This document shows, piece by piece, positions 1-11,961 of a stretch of DNA of 64,000 bases. How positions within the stretch are numbered: the first letter of the stretch is position 1; each line of letters begins with the position of its first letter. The position numbers and the translations under genes were made by a program. Source of the DNA: Macrostomum lignano (Eukaryota); assembly GCA_002269645.1 (NCBI GenBank), contig NIVC01000509.1, positions 1 through 64,000 of the forward strand, written 5' to 3'. The notes under the pieces were generated by a model. The model saw nothing but the letters and a program-made list of their open reading frames with translations, had not been told where the DNA came from and ran no database searches.

Positions 1-960
1 GCTTCAGTGTCGATGAGATGCGCTTTGGTCATTAGACTGCCAGTGTAGGTAAATGCAACACTAACCATTGCATGCCTGTAAGGGGGAATCTTAGCGTGCA
101 ATCTTGGTTACACTGTAAAAGCATACAAAAAGGCAGGCTGGCAGTCAATATCGTGGAATTTTATAGTTGTAAACAAAGTTAGCCTTCACGGAGCTACAGA
201 ACCATGCGCTTGGACAATTAGGAAATTTCTACATTTAAATTGGACTAATTGAAAACAGTAATATAAGAAAAAGAACAAGTCGTCAGACATTAATAAATGT
301 AGCTCGTAAATATAAAGTCACTGGATGAACCATATAGTGCGTGCCAGGCCGTATCGTAGCTGCTTCTGGCATTGTGTTGACGACGCACGACTGAAATGCG
401 CCAATTTGTTAAAATGTATTTTACTTTATTTTAATTTATGTAAAATTTACTGATGAAAAAATCCTAAATATTTTAATAAAAACTCGCATAAAACGTATAG
501 AGAATAAACGTAGGACGCCCGTTCGTAGTGTAATATAGCCGTGATTTTTACTCGCAACCTCTGCAGGTTTGGTGAGCCAATGTGTTCAGCTGCAGTGTTG
601 GACACGTTTCCGTTAATAAGAGTTGATGCTTTTTTTAGAATAATCAACCCGGACCATCGTTAATTTTTTAGGTAAGGAAATAGCAATTATGCGAAACTCT
701 TTGTCGCCTTTCATTACCTTGTTACTTCTTTTTCTAGATTTTCTACAAGATTTTTCACACTTCGTCGTCCCACTGACGACAGTTATTTTAGACATCATCG
801 GCTTAGCTTTCTTAGAAAGCTGTTATTTTAAATTTCAGATCAATTGTGCAATCACAATATACTTAAATAAGTATATACTACTAGCAGTAATGCTACTGGC
901 ACACTTGGTAGATGTACCTTGGTGCGCACTGCATGGGTGTCTGGCGCAAGCGATTGTTGG
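1..960 (-). CDS. Unidentified multi-exon gene running off the window edge (putative exons 918-960, 718-772, 322-390, 1-75)
   Basis: Four GT-AG-bounded exons with consistent phases (0/1/2/2) give an open frame PTIACARHPCSAHQVGRRSVKNLVENLEKEVTSRASSTQCQKQLRYGLARTIWFIQHAMVSVAFTYTGSLMTKAHLIDTE. No family recognised. An alternative exon chain starting at ATG 1454 is also possible. Confidence 0.4.
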
Positions 961-1828
961 CTGCAACAGGGGAGGGAGAGCTCTAGTTTTTCCATTTTTA
1001 ACGAAGTGTTCTGTTAGAAATTTATTATTTTTTATTTCAACACTATAACGTTTTTGCCCCTAGTGAAATTTACTGTTTTTAACAACGCTGTGCAACACTG
1101 CTCAGATGATTATGACTAAATTCCTGACAAAGAGCATTCCAATTCCATTTTGTGCTTTGAACATGGCACAAATTTAACTGGGAAACTTAAAACTTCATTA
1201 ACATGGTTCATCTCAAGCTCAAGTTCTCAAGCAAGCTTGATTTTTTTAAACTTTAACACGTGTACAGCTTTAAAGTTATCAACATTTAAATGTGGCATCC
1301 GAGTTTGAAAAGGTTAAGCTTAGAGCCTAAAAATCGAAAAGCAGGCCATTTGATTAATGATTGGAAATAAAGCAAAAATTAACTAAAACGAAACACAAAC
1401 TTAAACAATTATAATTCGAACGGATAAACAAACAACTTACGTCAATGCATCCATTCCTATATGCTTGAAGCGGCGAATTTAAACGCGTGGTTTTTTCATA
1501 ATTTTTATTTTGTGAATAGTATACAATCTTTTTGGTACAATGAAATTTTACAGCACTGAATAATCACAATTACACAGCGCAAATCTAACAGCTAATACAT
1601 GTGAAGCCATATAAAAACAATGTACAAAAATAGAAATAACTGTAACAGATGAGAATTTTTAAAGCGCGATTCTCGTACAATCTGTCAGAGAAGCAGTGTT
1701 GAAACTGAAGTTGAAATAAAAAACAGCTACGAGGTTAGATAATCAAAAACTTGAAGCGAGCCTAGAATTCCCACGATAGGTTCAAGTCCTTAAGGTGGCT
1801 TCAATGATGCTTATGATGGACTAAGAAT

Positions 1829-2232
1829 GCCTATAGTGGGTTCAGGACTTCAGGTTGTCCATAGTGGGTTCAGGATGTCCATGTTGGGTTCAGAATGTCC
1901 ATGGTGGGTTCAGGATGTCCATGTTCGATTCAGAATGTTCATGGTGGGTTCAGGATGTCTATGATATGTTTCGGATGTCCATAGTGGGTTCAGGATGTCC
2001 ATGGGGTGCTTAGGATGTCCATGATGGGCTCAGGATGTCTATGGTGGGTTCAGGATGTCTATGGTTGGTTCGGGATGTACATGGTTGGTTCACAATGTCC
2101 ATGGTGGGCTCAGGATGTTTTTGGTGGGTTTAGGATGTCCATAGTGTGTTCAGGATGTCCATGGTGGGTTCAGGATGTCCATGGTGGGTTCAGGATGTCC
2201 ATGGTGTGTTCAGGATGTCCATGGTGGTATAG
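1829..2232. repeat. 20-bp minisatellite (ATGGTGGGTTCAGGATGTCC), about 20 copies
   Basis: Direct tandem periodicity visible; lies downstream of the LEPROT stop codon. Confidence 0.95.
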
Positions 2233-2407
2233 ACCAATCATGTGAACTCAGGGATGAGTTTTAGTGAGCTCAGAAAAGTATTTGGCTCCAAGAATTTCAG
2301 GTAAGATATACGTTTTAGTGCAAGCGAAAAACCGGTTGCACAACATAAAAGAGAATAGATATGAGGCAAAAAGTACAAAATCTTAGGTATTAGTATCAGT
2401 TACAGCA

Positions 2408-3934
2408 TCACCAAGCCGAATAAGAGAATCCGTCATTGTCGCGGAATACTAGAAAGAATCCCAGAATAGTGAGAAACATGACGGTATTGCCGGACAGTAC
2501 GAGAGCGCAAGCGCCCCATTGGATAGCCGGTTTACCAATTGGAGTGTGGGCCAGCACTATGGGCAAGCCGTAGGCCGACACCACCAGGACCGAGGTGAGA
2601 AATATTGCGGTCTCCCAGGCGACGCCAGACGTTGATGTCGAGTCCGAAATGCGCTTGGCTAACAGGTAGGGCACCGGAGCCAACAGGTAGAAAATTAGCA
2701 CAAACATTGGCCACCACATTCTAACGGATTGGAGGGTTGCGTGGGCGATGTGTAAGACGGCGCAATCAGTGTCTGCGGAAATTTTTTTCATTTCCTGTTT
2801 TCTACATTATACTCCTGATTTTTAACCGTTATTTCATAAATATTCTCGTTGCTTTAGACCAGAAGGAAAGCATAAATGCATATAACACTGCAATTAAAAT
2901 AATTTATTGATGGGCTCCTTATCGAAAGTACAAATCGTTGCTCGAAACTCTGCTTAGCCAACTTTTCAATATCCCTATCGTCTAGTTTAGTAAGGACATT
3001 ACGGATATTTATATCAAGGTTTTACATGTCGCAGACGCCATGGTTTCGTTCTGTCCACAGATTCTAGAATAATTAGATAGGCCACTCAGCACATTTGCGT
3101 GTAAGCTACTTTCAGTACTGTTCAGTAGCAATTTAAACGGAAGCTTTAAAGATAAGGTTCATTTATTGGCTTTCACCACCCGCCCCAATTAAACCTCCAA
3201 CCGCGCTTTTCTTTTCAATCTACCCCCGCCCCGCCCGCCCCAATTTTAACTGCCTTTCTTGGAAATTCCAGCCTAAAGCGGCCATGTACATTTCAGTGCA
3301 CTGGCCAATGTACATCATTGCTGAACCAATTAGCAAGTTGTTTACGCCTGCAAGCTTGGGCTTCTAAACTTATCAAAGTGATTTCAGCTGCCTTTTTTTA
3401 TAAAATAGCTATGCATTCTTCTTTGCTACTGAACTGAAAGTAGAAAGCTGTTTTACTAAGTATATTATATATGCCTGAGTGGCCCATCTCGTTATTTTGG
3501 TATCTGTGGTTCTGTCTGACAAATTTTAGCCATAGGCTATGAAATGGACAGTCAAAAAAGACAGAAATCCGAGCAGATAAACTTTGATTTGCGTAATCTC
3601 GAGTGCTTTTTGAATAAAATAAACGCATTTTCTCAGCCTGACTGTCCACCTCACACTACTCAATGGATATAAATCATATAGTAAACAGGGCCAATGCAGT
3701 AAAACGAGCAGTAAAAAGTACAATCAATTAGTTAAACAAACAAATCTCACCCATACTGAGGCAGTGCGCAAGCCAACAATAGAAAGGTAAGACCGACCGA
3801 GGCGGAAAATGACAGTAGAATGATACCTGTAAAATCGAATGAATAGTAGATTATTTACTAATCAATGTTTCAATTGTTAATCTAATCAAGTTTCAAAGTC
3901 AAATTCAAGACTTACCTTTGACTCCGGCACCCAT
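2408..3934 (-). CDS. LEPROT: Vps55/LEPROT family endosomal membrane protein, 135 aa; exons 3916-3934, 3751-3826, 2408-2720
   Basis: Spliced product [49 protein letters not shown]...AIFLTSVLVVSAYGLPIVLAH...CALVLSGNTVMFLTILGFF matches the Vps55 family. GT-AG junctions are in phase (19+76+313 nt). Confidence 0.93.
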
Positions 3935-4902
3935 TTTGAATAAAGTGGTTTGAAGTTAAATCGAATTAGCTGCAACGAAAATGCATCAGATTATTGAAAC
4001 ATGCGAAGTGTAGAAGTCTAGAGTACCAGTCTCTTTAATATAGTTAGCGTCTAACATCATTTATTTAGACTTAACAGTGACATTGACCCATTCTTTGTGT
4101 CTGATACGTGTCAGAATGACAAAAAGTGAAAACGGTTGAAGTGAGGTGATAAATGATGTTAGGCAAACTAGCTTGAAAGGTTTTTTTAAATTGATGAAGA
4201 ATGCAAAGAGCAGGCGCTCAGCGAAACAGAGCAGAGATAAGAACAGAAGGATAACTTTCAGAAGCTTGATAATTGCCACAGTCGAATTCATTTAAATTGT
4301 GAGCAAGCGGAATTGACTATTTTAAGCTTCTGGAACGACATAAACATAAGTAGCGACACTAGTGAAAAACGAAAAAAATATATAAAATAAATAAAACCAA
4401 AGACAATGATATTCTTTAAACTAAAATCAAAATAGCTCTTTCAATTTTTTTATCAAATACTCGTAGTAGTAAACACAAAAACTTGCCCCCCAAAGACCCG
4501 AGCAAAATCGGGTAAAATGAAAGCCATATCGAGTTCATTAAAAGAAAAACAAAATGCGATATGCATGCAGCATGCATCAGACAAATAAGTTTATCAGCTG
4601 ATCAAACTTATCGGAATGAATCAACTAAACTAAAATCGACGGCAAAAACAAATGCAGTTTTTGATAACGAAAATGCAAGTGGGAAAATTTTTATTTAACA
4701 GAAGTTATTCGCGCGGCGTGTTTCAAACATAACAGAAACTTGTTTTTTTTCAAATTAGACCAACAAGACGGCATCAAAAGTCAAGACTCGTCGCAGAATA
4801 GCTGGCATTGCATTTACGATTTGTGTCACAGAACTTGCTCAAAGTGCGTGTTTCTGTCTGCCAATTGACGGTTAATCTTAAATACGGAAAGGAAAGTCGG
4901 AA

Positions 4903-7194
4903 TCAGTCATCCCATTCGCTGTCTTCTTCATCATCATCATCAGAGTCGTCACTGCCATGTTGAGCCTTATTTATTTCGTCTAAAGCTTTGCTCAAGGCAT
5001 TCACAATATCATTTTTGTCAGGCTCTGCGGTCGTTGGCTTAGGCGGAACGGCGCGTGGCCCTTTGCCCTGGTTTATCGTCTTGAACACGTTCTTATAACA
5101 GATTGGACTATTGTCGACCCCAGAATCGCTTTCGTCATCCTTTTTAAATTCGTCCACATCGGGACTGGAACTGCCCTTCGCGTTGACAAAAGCACCTTTT
5201 ATTTCATTCACAACGCAGTCATGATTAGTAGCAGGGTTCTTTTCTACCTTCCGTTCAGGAAGATTGCGATTGCCAACCGGATTCAATTTTGCTCTGCCAA
5301 GCTGCATCGTCTCAGCAGTTAAGCCACCGCCCCCAATGCCTGGCATGGCCACTGCGCCGGGGGGAAGATTAGGTCCGGGCGGTGCCGGCGGAGCAGGTGG
5401 GATGTTTCCGCCACCTTTCTTGATAACGATGGGCGGAGGCGGGGGAGGGGGCGGAGGCGGCGGCGGAGCAGGTGGGATGTTACCACCAGATGTCTTGGCA
5501 CCAAAGGGCGGAGGCGGTGGTGGAGGGGGTGGAGGAGGCGGCGGAGCAGGCGGGATGTTACCACCAGATGTCTTGGCGCCAAAGGGCGGAGGCGGGGGAG
5601 GAGGGGGCGGAGGAGGCGGCGGAGCAGGTGGGATGTTACCGCCAGATTTCTTGGCGCCGAAGGGTGGAGGCGGTGGAGGAGGCGGAGGAGGCGGCGGCGG
5701 AGCGGGAGGTATCTCTCCTGTCGGAGTAGCGTTCGTCTTTTTGACATTCTTCAACTTGTCATGCTTGAAGGCCCGCAAGGCCGCATTCAATGGATCATTG
5801 GATTGGCCAAACGGACTGCTTTCACTGTTGTCAGGACTGCCAGGTGATGCCTTTGTGTCATTCCCTCGACTCAGAAAGCTTTTACTTGGACTTTCAGGTG
5901 TCTGTGCGTGAACGCTCGGAACAGCAGGTGTACTCAAACAGTAGCTATCGGACCCTGGAGAACAGGCGCTCATCTTCAGTTTTTCACTGCTTTCAGGACT
6001 GCCAGGTGCAGAAGCCGTTGTGTCATTCCCTCGACTCGGAGTGCTGTGGATTGGACTTTCTTGTCTGTCTGTGTGCACGCGCAGAACAGGTGGTGTAGCC
6101 TCATATAAGCTCTCGGACGCTCGAGAACGGGCGCTCATCTGGGACACAGGTGTCATCGGAGAATCAAAGCCTTGGGAAGCGGCAGCTGCGTACACCTGCT
6201 CCATACCGCCTATGCTGTTCACAACTTTTGCGATTTGCTCCCTGCCATAACTTGACTGCGCAGTCTTATCTAAATCGTAGCCAAGTTTTCCAAGCAGGAA
6301 CCTCAACGCGGGATCCTTAGCGATGTCCAGCTCGTACTTGGCGTCTTTGTTTTGAGCATCGTTGTACCCAACGTGTAAGACGTGACGCGAATCAGTTGGA
6401 CCGCTAATATCCTCGGGGCGGATTTTCTTGCTTTTGCCGGCGCCTTCGACAGTCTTATCCCGGTCCTTGCTCCTGCCTGGCTTGTGCCGCTTGAAGAATG
6501 CTTTCAGTCGGGCGCCAGTTTTAATTTTTGGAGGCTTCTCAGCGCTTTCCTTGCCTTTTTTCTTCTTTTTACCGTTTTTGCCTTCTGAGCTGTCCGCTGA
6601 TGGGCTTGATAGAGGCTCCGGAATATCCTCGCGAAGACCCATTCGCGTAACTTGGTGATTAAGATGATTGGCTATTTCTTCAGCTTCAGCTCGTCCAATT
6701 TCGCTTTCCATAAAGTTTACAGCCACAACTTTATCGTCGGCTTCAAACTGGTACAATGTTGGGTCCACACGTTCATATTCCATGCCCTGATAGATCTCCT
6801 GTTCAAAAATCAAGCTGCGCTCATATATATTGTAGAAACGTAAAAAAAATGAGCGTCGATTAGCGTCGCGAACAAAAGAAAGGACGCAAGTGCACTTTGG
6901 CTTCCAGCGGCCATGTTTACTGAAGAACAATCTACAAACTGTGGTTGCTAAGGCTGTACAACGATCGCCAAGCAAGCTAAACAGGATTTCATTTTCGTTG
7001 GCAGTCAAAATTTGACTAGGACGGTTTTGATAGCGAATCGTCTGCGACCTTTGGCCAGCTGATTGCATCAATTGAGCCGATGATTGCCCTGATCGTAACC
7101 AATCTGGAGTCGGTGGTGTCTGCGGTGATTGTGTCTGTTCCGGCCTGTTCGGCAGGACAGAATTAGAGGCCGACGTGGGCTCCGATTGGGGCGC
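4903..7194 (-). CDS. WASL: WASP/N-WASP family actin nucleation-promoting factor, single large coding exon; N-terminal start uncertain (ORF open to 7338)
   Basis: WH1 domain, basic KKKKK patch, CRIB (ISGPTDSRHVLHVG), polyproline tract, WH2-like segments, central helix and acidic DDDEEDSEWDD C-terminus. A strong acceptor ttgttataccgcag precedes 7194. Confidence 0.92.
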   Translation of the reverse strand, partial: APQSEPTSASNSVLPNRPEQTQSPQTPPTPDWLRSGQSSAQLMQSAGQRSQTIRYQNRPSQILTANENEILFSLLGDRCTALATTVCRLFFSKHGRWKPKCTCVLSFVRDANRRSFFLRFYNIYERSLIFEQEIYQGMEYERVDPTLYQFEADDKVVAVNFMESEIGRAEAEEIANHLNHQVTRMGLREDIPEPLSSPSADSSEGKNGKKKKKGKESAEKPPKIKTGARLKAFFKRHKPGRSKDRDKTVEGAGKSKKIRPEDISGPTDSRHVLHVGYNDAQNKDAKYELDIAKDPALRFLLGKLGYDLDKTAQSSYGREQIAKVVNSIGGMEQVYAAAASQGFDSPMTPVSQMSARSRASESLYEATPPVLRVHTDRQESPIHSTPSRGNDTTASAPGSPESSEKLKMSACSPGSDSYCLSTPAVPSVHAQTPESPSKSFLSRGNDTKASPGSPDNSESSPFGQSNDPLNAALRAFKHDKLKNVKKTNATPTGEIPPAPPPPPPPPPPPPPFGAKKSGGNIPPAPPPPPPPPPPPPPFGAKTSGGNIPPAPPPPPPPPPPPPPFGAKTSGGNIPPAPPPPPPPPPPPPIVIKKGGGNIPPAPPAPPGPNLPPGAVAMPGIGGGGLTAETMQLGRAKLNPVGNRNLPERKVEKNPATNHDCVVNEIKGAFVNAKGSSSPDVDEFKKDDESDSGVDNSPICYKNVFKTINQGKGPRAVPPKPTTAEPDKNDIVNALSKALDEINKAQHGSDDSDDDDEEDSEWDD

Positions 7195-7938
7195 CTGCGG
7201 TATAACAATTGATTGGGTTCGTATGCTTAGTATGTGAACATGGACAGCTGACTGGACATCTATTATGATCATATTTGTTGCTATATCTATATTTCTATCT
7301 TTAAAAAAAAGCAAATGAAGGCTAGCACATAAAATCAAAAAGAAAATATCGACTTGCTACTCGAGCCTGAAAGTAGAACTGAATGTGTATATTTTTATTT
7401 TTTTTAATTACAAAAATTTGGAGAGTATAAAGAACACGAAAAGTCTTGATTCTGTAAATTGTAAATTTTATACATACAATATAAGCAATTATAAAATGGA
7501 AAAGGCCTTTTATTAGCTCAGTCACTTAAAAACAATCAATGAAGAATAGAAGCCTTTAGACGAATTTGACTAATATTGGCACATATTCATCGTTCAGGGA
7601 AAATAAATTGAAACTTGCGTCGAATACTTGTATAATTAAAATCCGTGATTTTTTGTTCCAACAGATGGTAAAACTAAGAAAAGTGAGAATAATAAAAAAG
7701 ATGCAGCGCTAAAAGTTAAGAAACTACTGCGACTTCTAAGCCTAAAAAGGTTTTTGCTAAAGGATAAGTTTATTTTATCGAGGATCTTGTTTAAGTTTAA
7801 ATTTTAATTTACTTTTATCAATGGGATGAGTGTACACGAAAAGCTTATTTATTGTCAACTTTTTTATTTGTAGACGAATAATTTGATTCTTTTTTGGAAT
7901 AAAGGACAATCGTTACGATTAATAGACAAACAAGTGAC

Positions 7939-8622
7939 AGACACGACGGGTACCTCTCATTTCGCCGATTCTCGTTTCGCCGAATCTCATTTTGCCGATT
8001 CTCGTTTCGCCGAATCTCATTTTGCCGATTCTCGTTTCGCCGAATCTCATTTTGCCGATTCTCGTTTCGCCGACATTCTCATTTTGCCGATTCTCGTTTC
8101 GCCGAAATTAATTTCACAACCATCTGGACATCAAACCATGGACAACTACACTAATACAAATGTGATTTAGATGTCTATGGCTTGAAAAATAAAGTTAAAA
8201 TTAAGAATTCTTCCTTCCGCATAGTCTATGGTAAAAAGTCTATAGCCAGTGGTATATATGTATGGTAGGAGGTTGTGAATTACAAAAATGCCGATTGAAA
8301 TTGTTTCTAGTGGCTTTTCTGGTGAAATGAATAAGTGGTTTTATTGCATTGACTTCTGAATTGAATGAGTTAAAACTACGCTCGTAATGCTGGTGGTAAG
8401 CTAACGAAATTAAGCTGCAAAAAGGCTAATCGAACAGGTAAATACTCGCGCAATATTACTAATACAATACTTTATTTTTTAAGCCATAGTAGACATCTAA
8501 ATCACATTTGCATTAGTGTAGTTGTCCATAGTCCAATGTCCAGATGGCTATGAAATTAATTTCGGCGAAATGTACAGTAAGTACAAATGTACAGAAATGT
8601 AAAGTACATAGACACGACGGGT
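7939..8622. mobile_element. Foldback/MITE-like element with about 100-bp inverted arms and a 15/30-bp subterminal tandem array
   Basis: About 8095-8195 is the reverse complement of about 8468-8570. A (TTTTGCCGATTCTCGTTTCGCCGAATCTCA)n array spans about 7957-8105. A 13-bp direct repeat AGACACGACGGGT occurs at 7939-7951 and 8610-8622. Confidence 0.75.
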
Positions 8623-9286
8623 CTTGGATTCTTTAATCTGAGTGAGGTTTATAGACGCAACCGTAAGGGCACAAATCCTTTCCTACATTTTTACACTAAA
8701 TAGACAGCCAGATAACGAAATAAGGAAAGGGTACCAGACTGTACTAGGGGAGGCGTGAGGTGGGCTAGAATATCGATTAAACACAAGAGCGCTACCCCAG
8801 TTCACGAAAAATAATCGGTGAGCCCACACTTGACAGCCAATAAGAACGAAGGAGACAGATAAGAAAATAAGAACAGACCCCAACCAGTGAAGTGGCATGG
8901 TTGGTCGTAAAGTAAAGGGGTCAGACGAGAGGGGTAAGGAGAGAAGTAATAAGATGATCCATTTAAAAATAGCAAAACTCTAGCCAGGGAGCAGATGGCA
9001 TAAACCGTTATAATCATTATTAGCTTAAAGTAAAAGCCTACCTACCTAGTAAACGACAACGCTAGCAATAACAAAGCTCAACTTATCCTAATCTAATTTC
9101 AATCTAAGCTGCGCACCAATGTTGCTTCACTTGAAAATACTGTTGATTAAATAAAAAACTAAGCAAAATCAAGCGCTAGAAATAAAAATCAAGGCAAGAA
9201 AAAAGATGACATCAATTAATCAGGCTAAGAGTCTAACACGGCTTCAAAAAGTTTAGTTAACGCCTTCAACGATTGAAACACGCAAA

Positions 9287-10270
9287 CTAAAACTTACTGC
9301 CCATTATGGCTAGAAAAAAGCGCGGCACTTTCACAAAGGTGGGCACAAGACGAGCCAGTCGTAGAAAGCCTGCCTGTTCCAGCATGAACCGAATAGATCG
9401 CATGGATTGAATCTGACGGCCGCCAGCGTCGCGCAGGCCGTACTCGTCGGCAAGGTCGCCAGTCAGCAGCACTCGGCCAGTCTTGTCCTTTAACAAGCTG
9501 CTCACAGGTGTAGAAGCCAATGCAACAATGGCTTTTCCAGCGAACTCGACAGTCTCGCCTTGCTCAAACATGCGACGTTGACGAGGCGGCATTTTAGATA
9601 AATCAGACATGATCTCTTCGGTTTGAACGGCGCCGGGCCAAAGGCTGATAGCGGCAATGCCCCGAGGCTTCAGCTCCACCGCGAAGTCGCCTGCCATGCG
9701 ATCCAGGGCAGCTTTTCCCACACCGTAGGGCACGTTGAACAGGTAGCGAAGACCACCAGGTGAGGATAGGTTAACGATAAGACCCGTGCCCCGCTCTACC
9801 ATCATGCGAGAAGCGTACACAGAGCAGATGTAGTGATTGCGCAAGCCTACATTGTTAACCTCGTCCCAAGCTGAGACATCTAACTCCCAGAACTTTTTGC
9901 CCATAGATTCGGAGATTAAGCGAACCGCCGAATAAGCATTGTTAACCAGCAAGTCCAGACGACCATTTTGCTCTTGCTGAATCTGCTCAAACAACCGCTT
10001 AACATCCTCGTCCATCTTGTGATCGCATTGAACACCAATAGCTCGACCGCCTCTGGCTTCAATCTCTGCAATGGTTTCTTTGATGCTACCGCCAACTGCA
10101 GCACCTGGCTTCGGGTCCATCGTTCGGCCAGTGATGTACACCGTGGCACCGGCCTCGCCCAGCTGCAGGGCGATGCCTTTGCCGATGCCGCGAGTGGCAC
10201 CCGTAACTAGACAGATGAGGCCCGTGAGGGGCAGCTTTTGTCCAACTTGAGCCTGAAATTTTAGCATCAT
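9287..10270 (-). CDS. DHRS1: Short-chain dehydrogenase/reductase DHRS1-like, copy a (intronless CDS)
   Basis: TGATRGIG Rossmann motif, VNNA, YGVGK catalytic YxxxK, WPGAVQTE and GETVEFAGK, all typical of DHRS1. Confidence 0.9.
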   Translation of the reverse strand: MMLKFQAQVGQKLPLTGLICLVTGATRGIGKGIALQLGEAGATVYITGRTMDPKPGAAVGGSIKETIAEIEARGGRAIGVQCDHKMDEDVKRLFEQIQQEQNGRLDLLVNNAYSAVRLISESMGKKFWELDVSAWDEVNNVGLRNHYICSVYASRMMVERGTGLIVNLSSPGGLRYLFNVPYGVGKAALDRMAGDFAVELKPRGIAAISLWPGAVQTEEIMSDLSKMPPRQRRMFEQGETVEFAGKAIVALASTPVSSLLKDKTGRVLLTGDLADEYGLRDAGGRQIQSMRSIRFMLEQAGFLRLARLVPTFVKVPRFFLAIMGSKF

Positions 10271-10759
10271 TTTATGAAGTTGTTGCTGTTGAATTCTTTT
10301 CAAAATTCAATTAGCTTTTTAAATCAGTAGTAGTGGTATTGAAAACAATATTGATATCATTTTGAGACCAATCTAAAGGACTAAAACCTAGAATACTTAA
10401 GAGTAAATAGACAACTCCAAAAAGGAAGGAGGCAACGAAGACTAGATCGACATGTATAAAACTGGAGAAGGTAGAAGGAAAGTTACCAGCTCCGAGGAAC
10501 TAGTTAGTAATCAGGCTAAATCAGCTACGTGGGTTATGAATGAATAGAGGAAAAGAAACCTACAACTTATAATGGCCAGCTTTGAGTAATTTATTACTTA
10601 ATTGAAATGAATTAAAGACAAATTATTAGAAATGATGAAAATCGGTAAAATAAAAAAGCAAATCGCAAAATTCAACTATATTTAAATGAATTAAATTTGC
10701 TCTAATCTCGGCTAAACCAGCAGATTAATATAAATAGAGAAATCCACTTCTCAACTTTG

Positions 10760-11961
10760 TTAAAACTTGCTAGTTGCGGCAGACACCAACCAAAATGGCA
10801 CTTTGATGCACGCAGGAATCAGACCGGACAGTCGACTAAATCCATAAAATTCCAACAGGAAAGCTGCCGATCTCATGCTGACAATAGTCCGACCGTCAAC
10901 ATCTGAGAAGCCGTATTCGCTGGCTAGCTCGGCAGTGAGCAGTACTCTGCCTGTCTTGCTAGCTAACAAACTGGACACAGGCTGGGCAGCCAATGCTGTC
11001 ACGGCTTTTCCAACAAAATCTGTTGTTTCCCCTCTACGGAATAGTTCTAGCATGCGTCGATCAATAGGTCGAGTCACTCGGCTTGGATCGGCGTCGGCTG
11101 CCGCCACTACGGCTAGGGCCTCCTCGGTTTGGACTGCGCCTGGCCATAGGCTGATGACGGCTACGCCGCGAGACTTCAGCTCAATCTGTTGGGTATTTCA
11201 AGGGAGCCGTTACGGAATATGACTGAATTTATCCTGACCGCCAGATTCTTGTAAGTTTCCTCCAGGCCCACTTACTCCTTTAGCCCCAATCTACTACTAA
11301 GGTAATGTCTCAATCTACTCCTCAAGTCGCTTTCTGCTAGTCCAGCAGTAATCTATAATGCAGTTTTAGCTACTCAAGTACTCACAGACATGTCCGCAGC
11401 CATGCGATCAAAAGCGGCCTTGCCCACACCGTATGGCACGTTAAACAGGTAGCTCAATCCGCCGCCGGAAGACACGTTAATGATCAGTCCAGTGCCTCGC
11501 TCGACCATCATGCGAGAAGCGTACACAGAGCAGATGTAGTGATTGCGCAAGCCTACATTGTTCACTTCGTCCCACATATCCGGCGACATTTCCCAGAACA
11601 TTTTGCCCCTGTTTTCAGCAATTGCACGCGCCGCTGAAAATGCATTGTTAACCAGCAAGTCAAGACGACCATTCTGTTCTCGTTCAATCTGCTCAAATAG
11701 TTGCTTCACATCCTCGTCATTTCTGTGATCGCATTGAACGCCAATAGCTTGGCCGCCTCTGGCTTTGATCTCTGCCACTGTTTCTTTAATGCTGCCGCCA
11801 ATTGCGGCGACATCGCCATCAGCTTTGACAGAGTTCACTGGCTCAAGCGTCCTGCCAGTGACGTAGACAATAGCTCCGGCTTGACCCAATTGGATAGCGA
11901 TGCCTTTGCCAATGCCGCGAGTGGCGCCCGTGACTAGACAAACCTTGCCAGAGAGTGACAT
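10760..11961 (-). CDS. DHRS1: DHRS1-like copy b; exons 11386-11961 and 10760-11185
   Basis: Same SDR motifs. A 200-bp phase-0 intron GTGAGT...CCAACAG joins ..AADMS to IELKSRGV..; exon 2 ends AATSKF*. Confidence 0.88.

Noticed and set aside
5264-5911. Gly-rich 215-aa plus-strand ORF
   Set aside because: Antisense shadow of the WASP polyproline codons.
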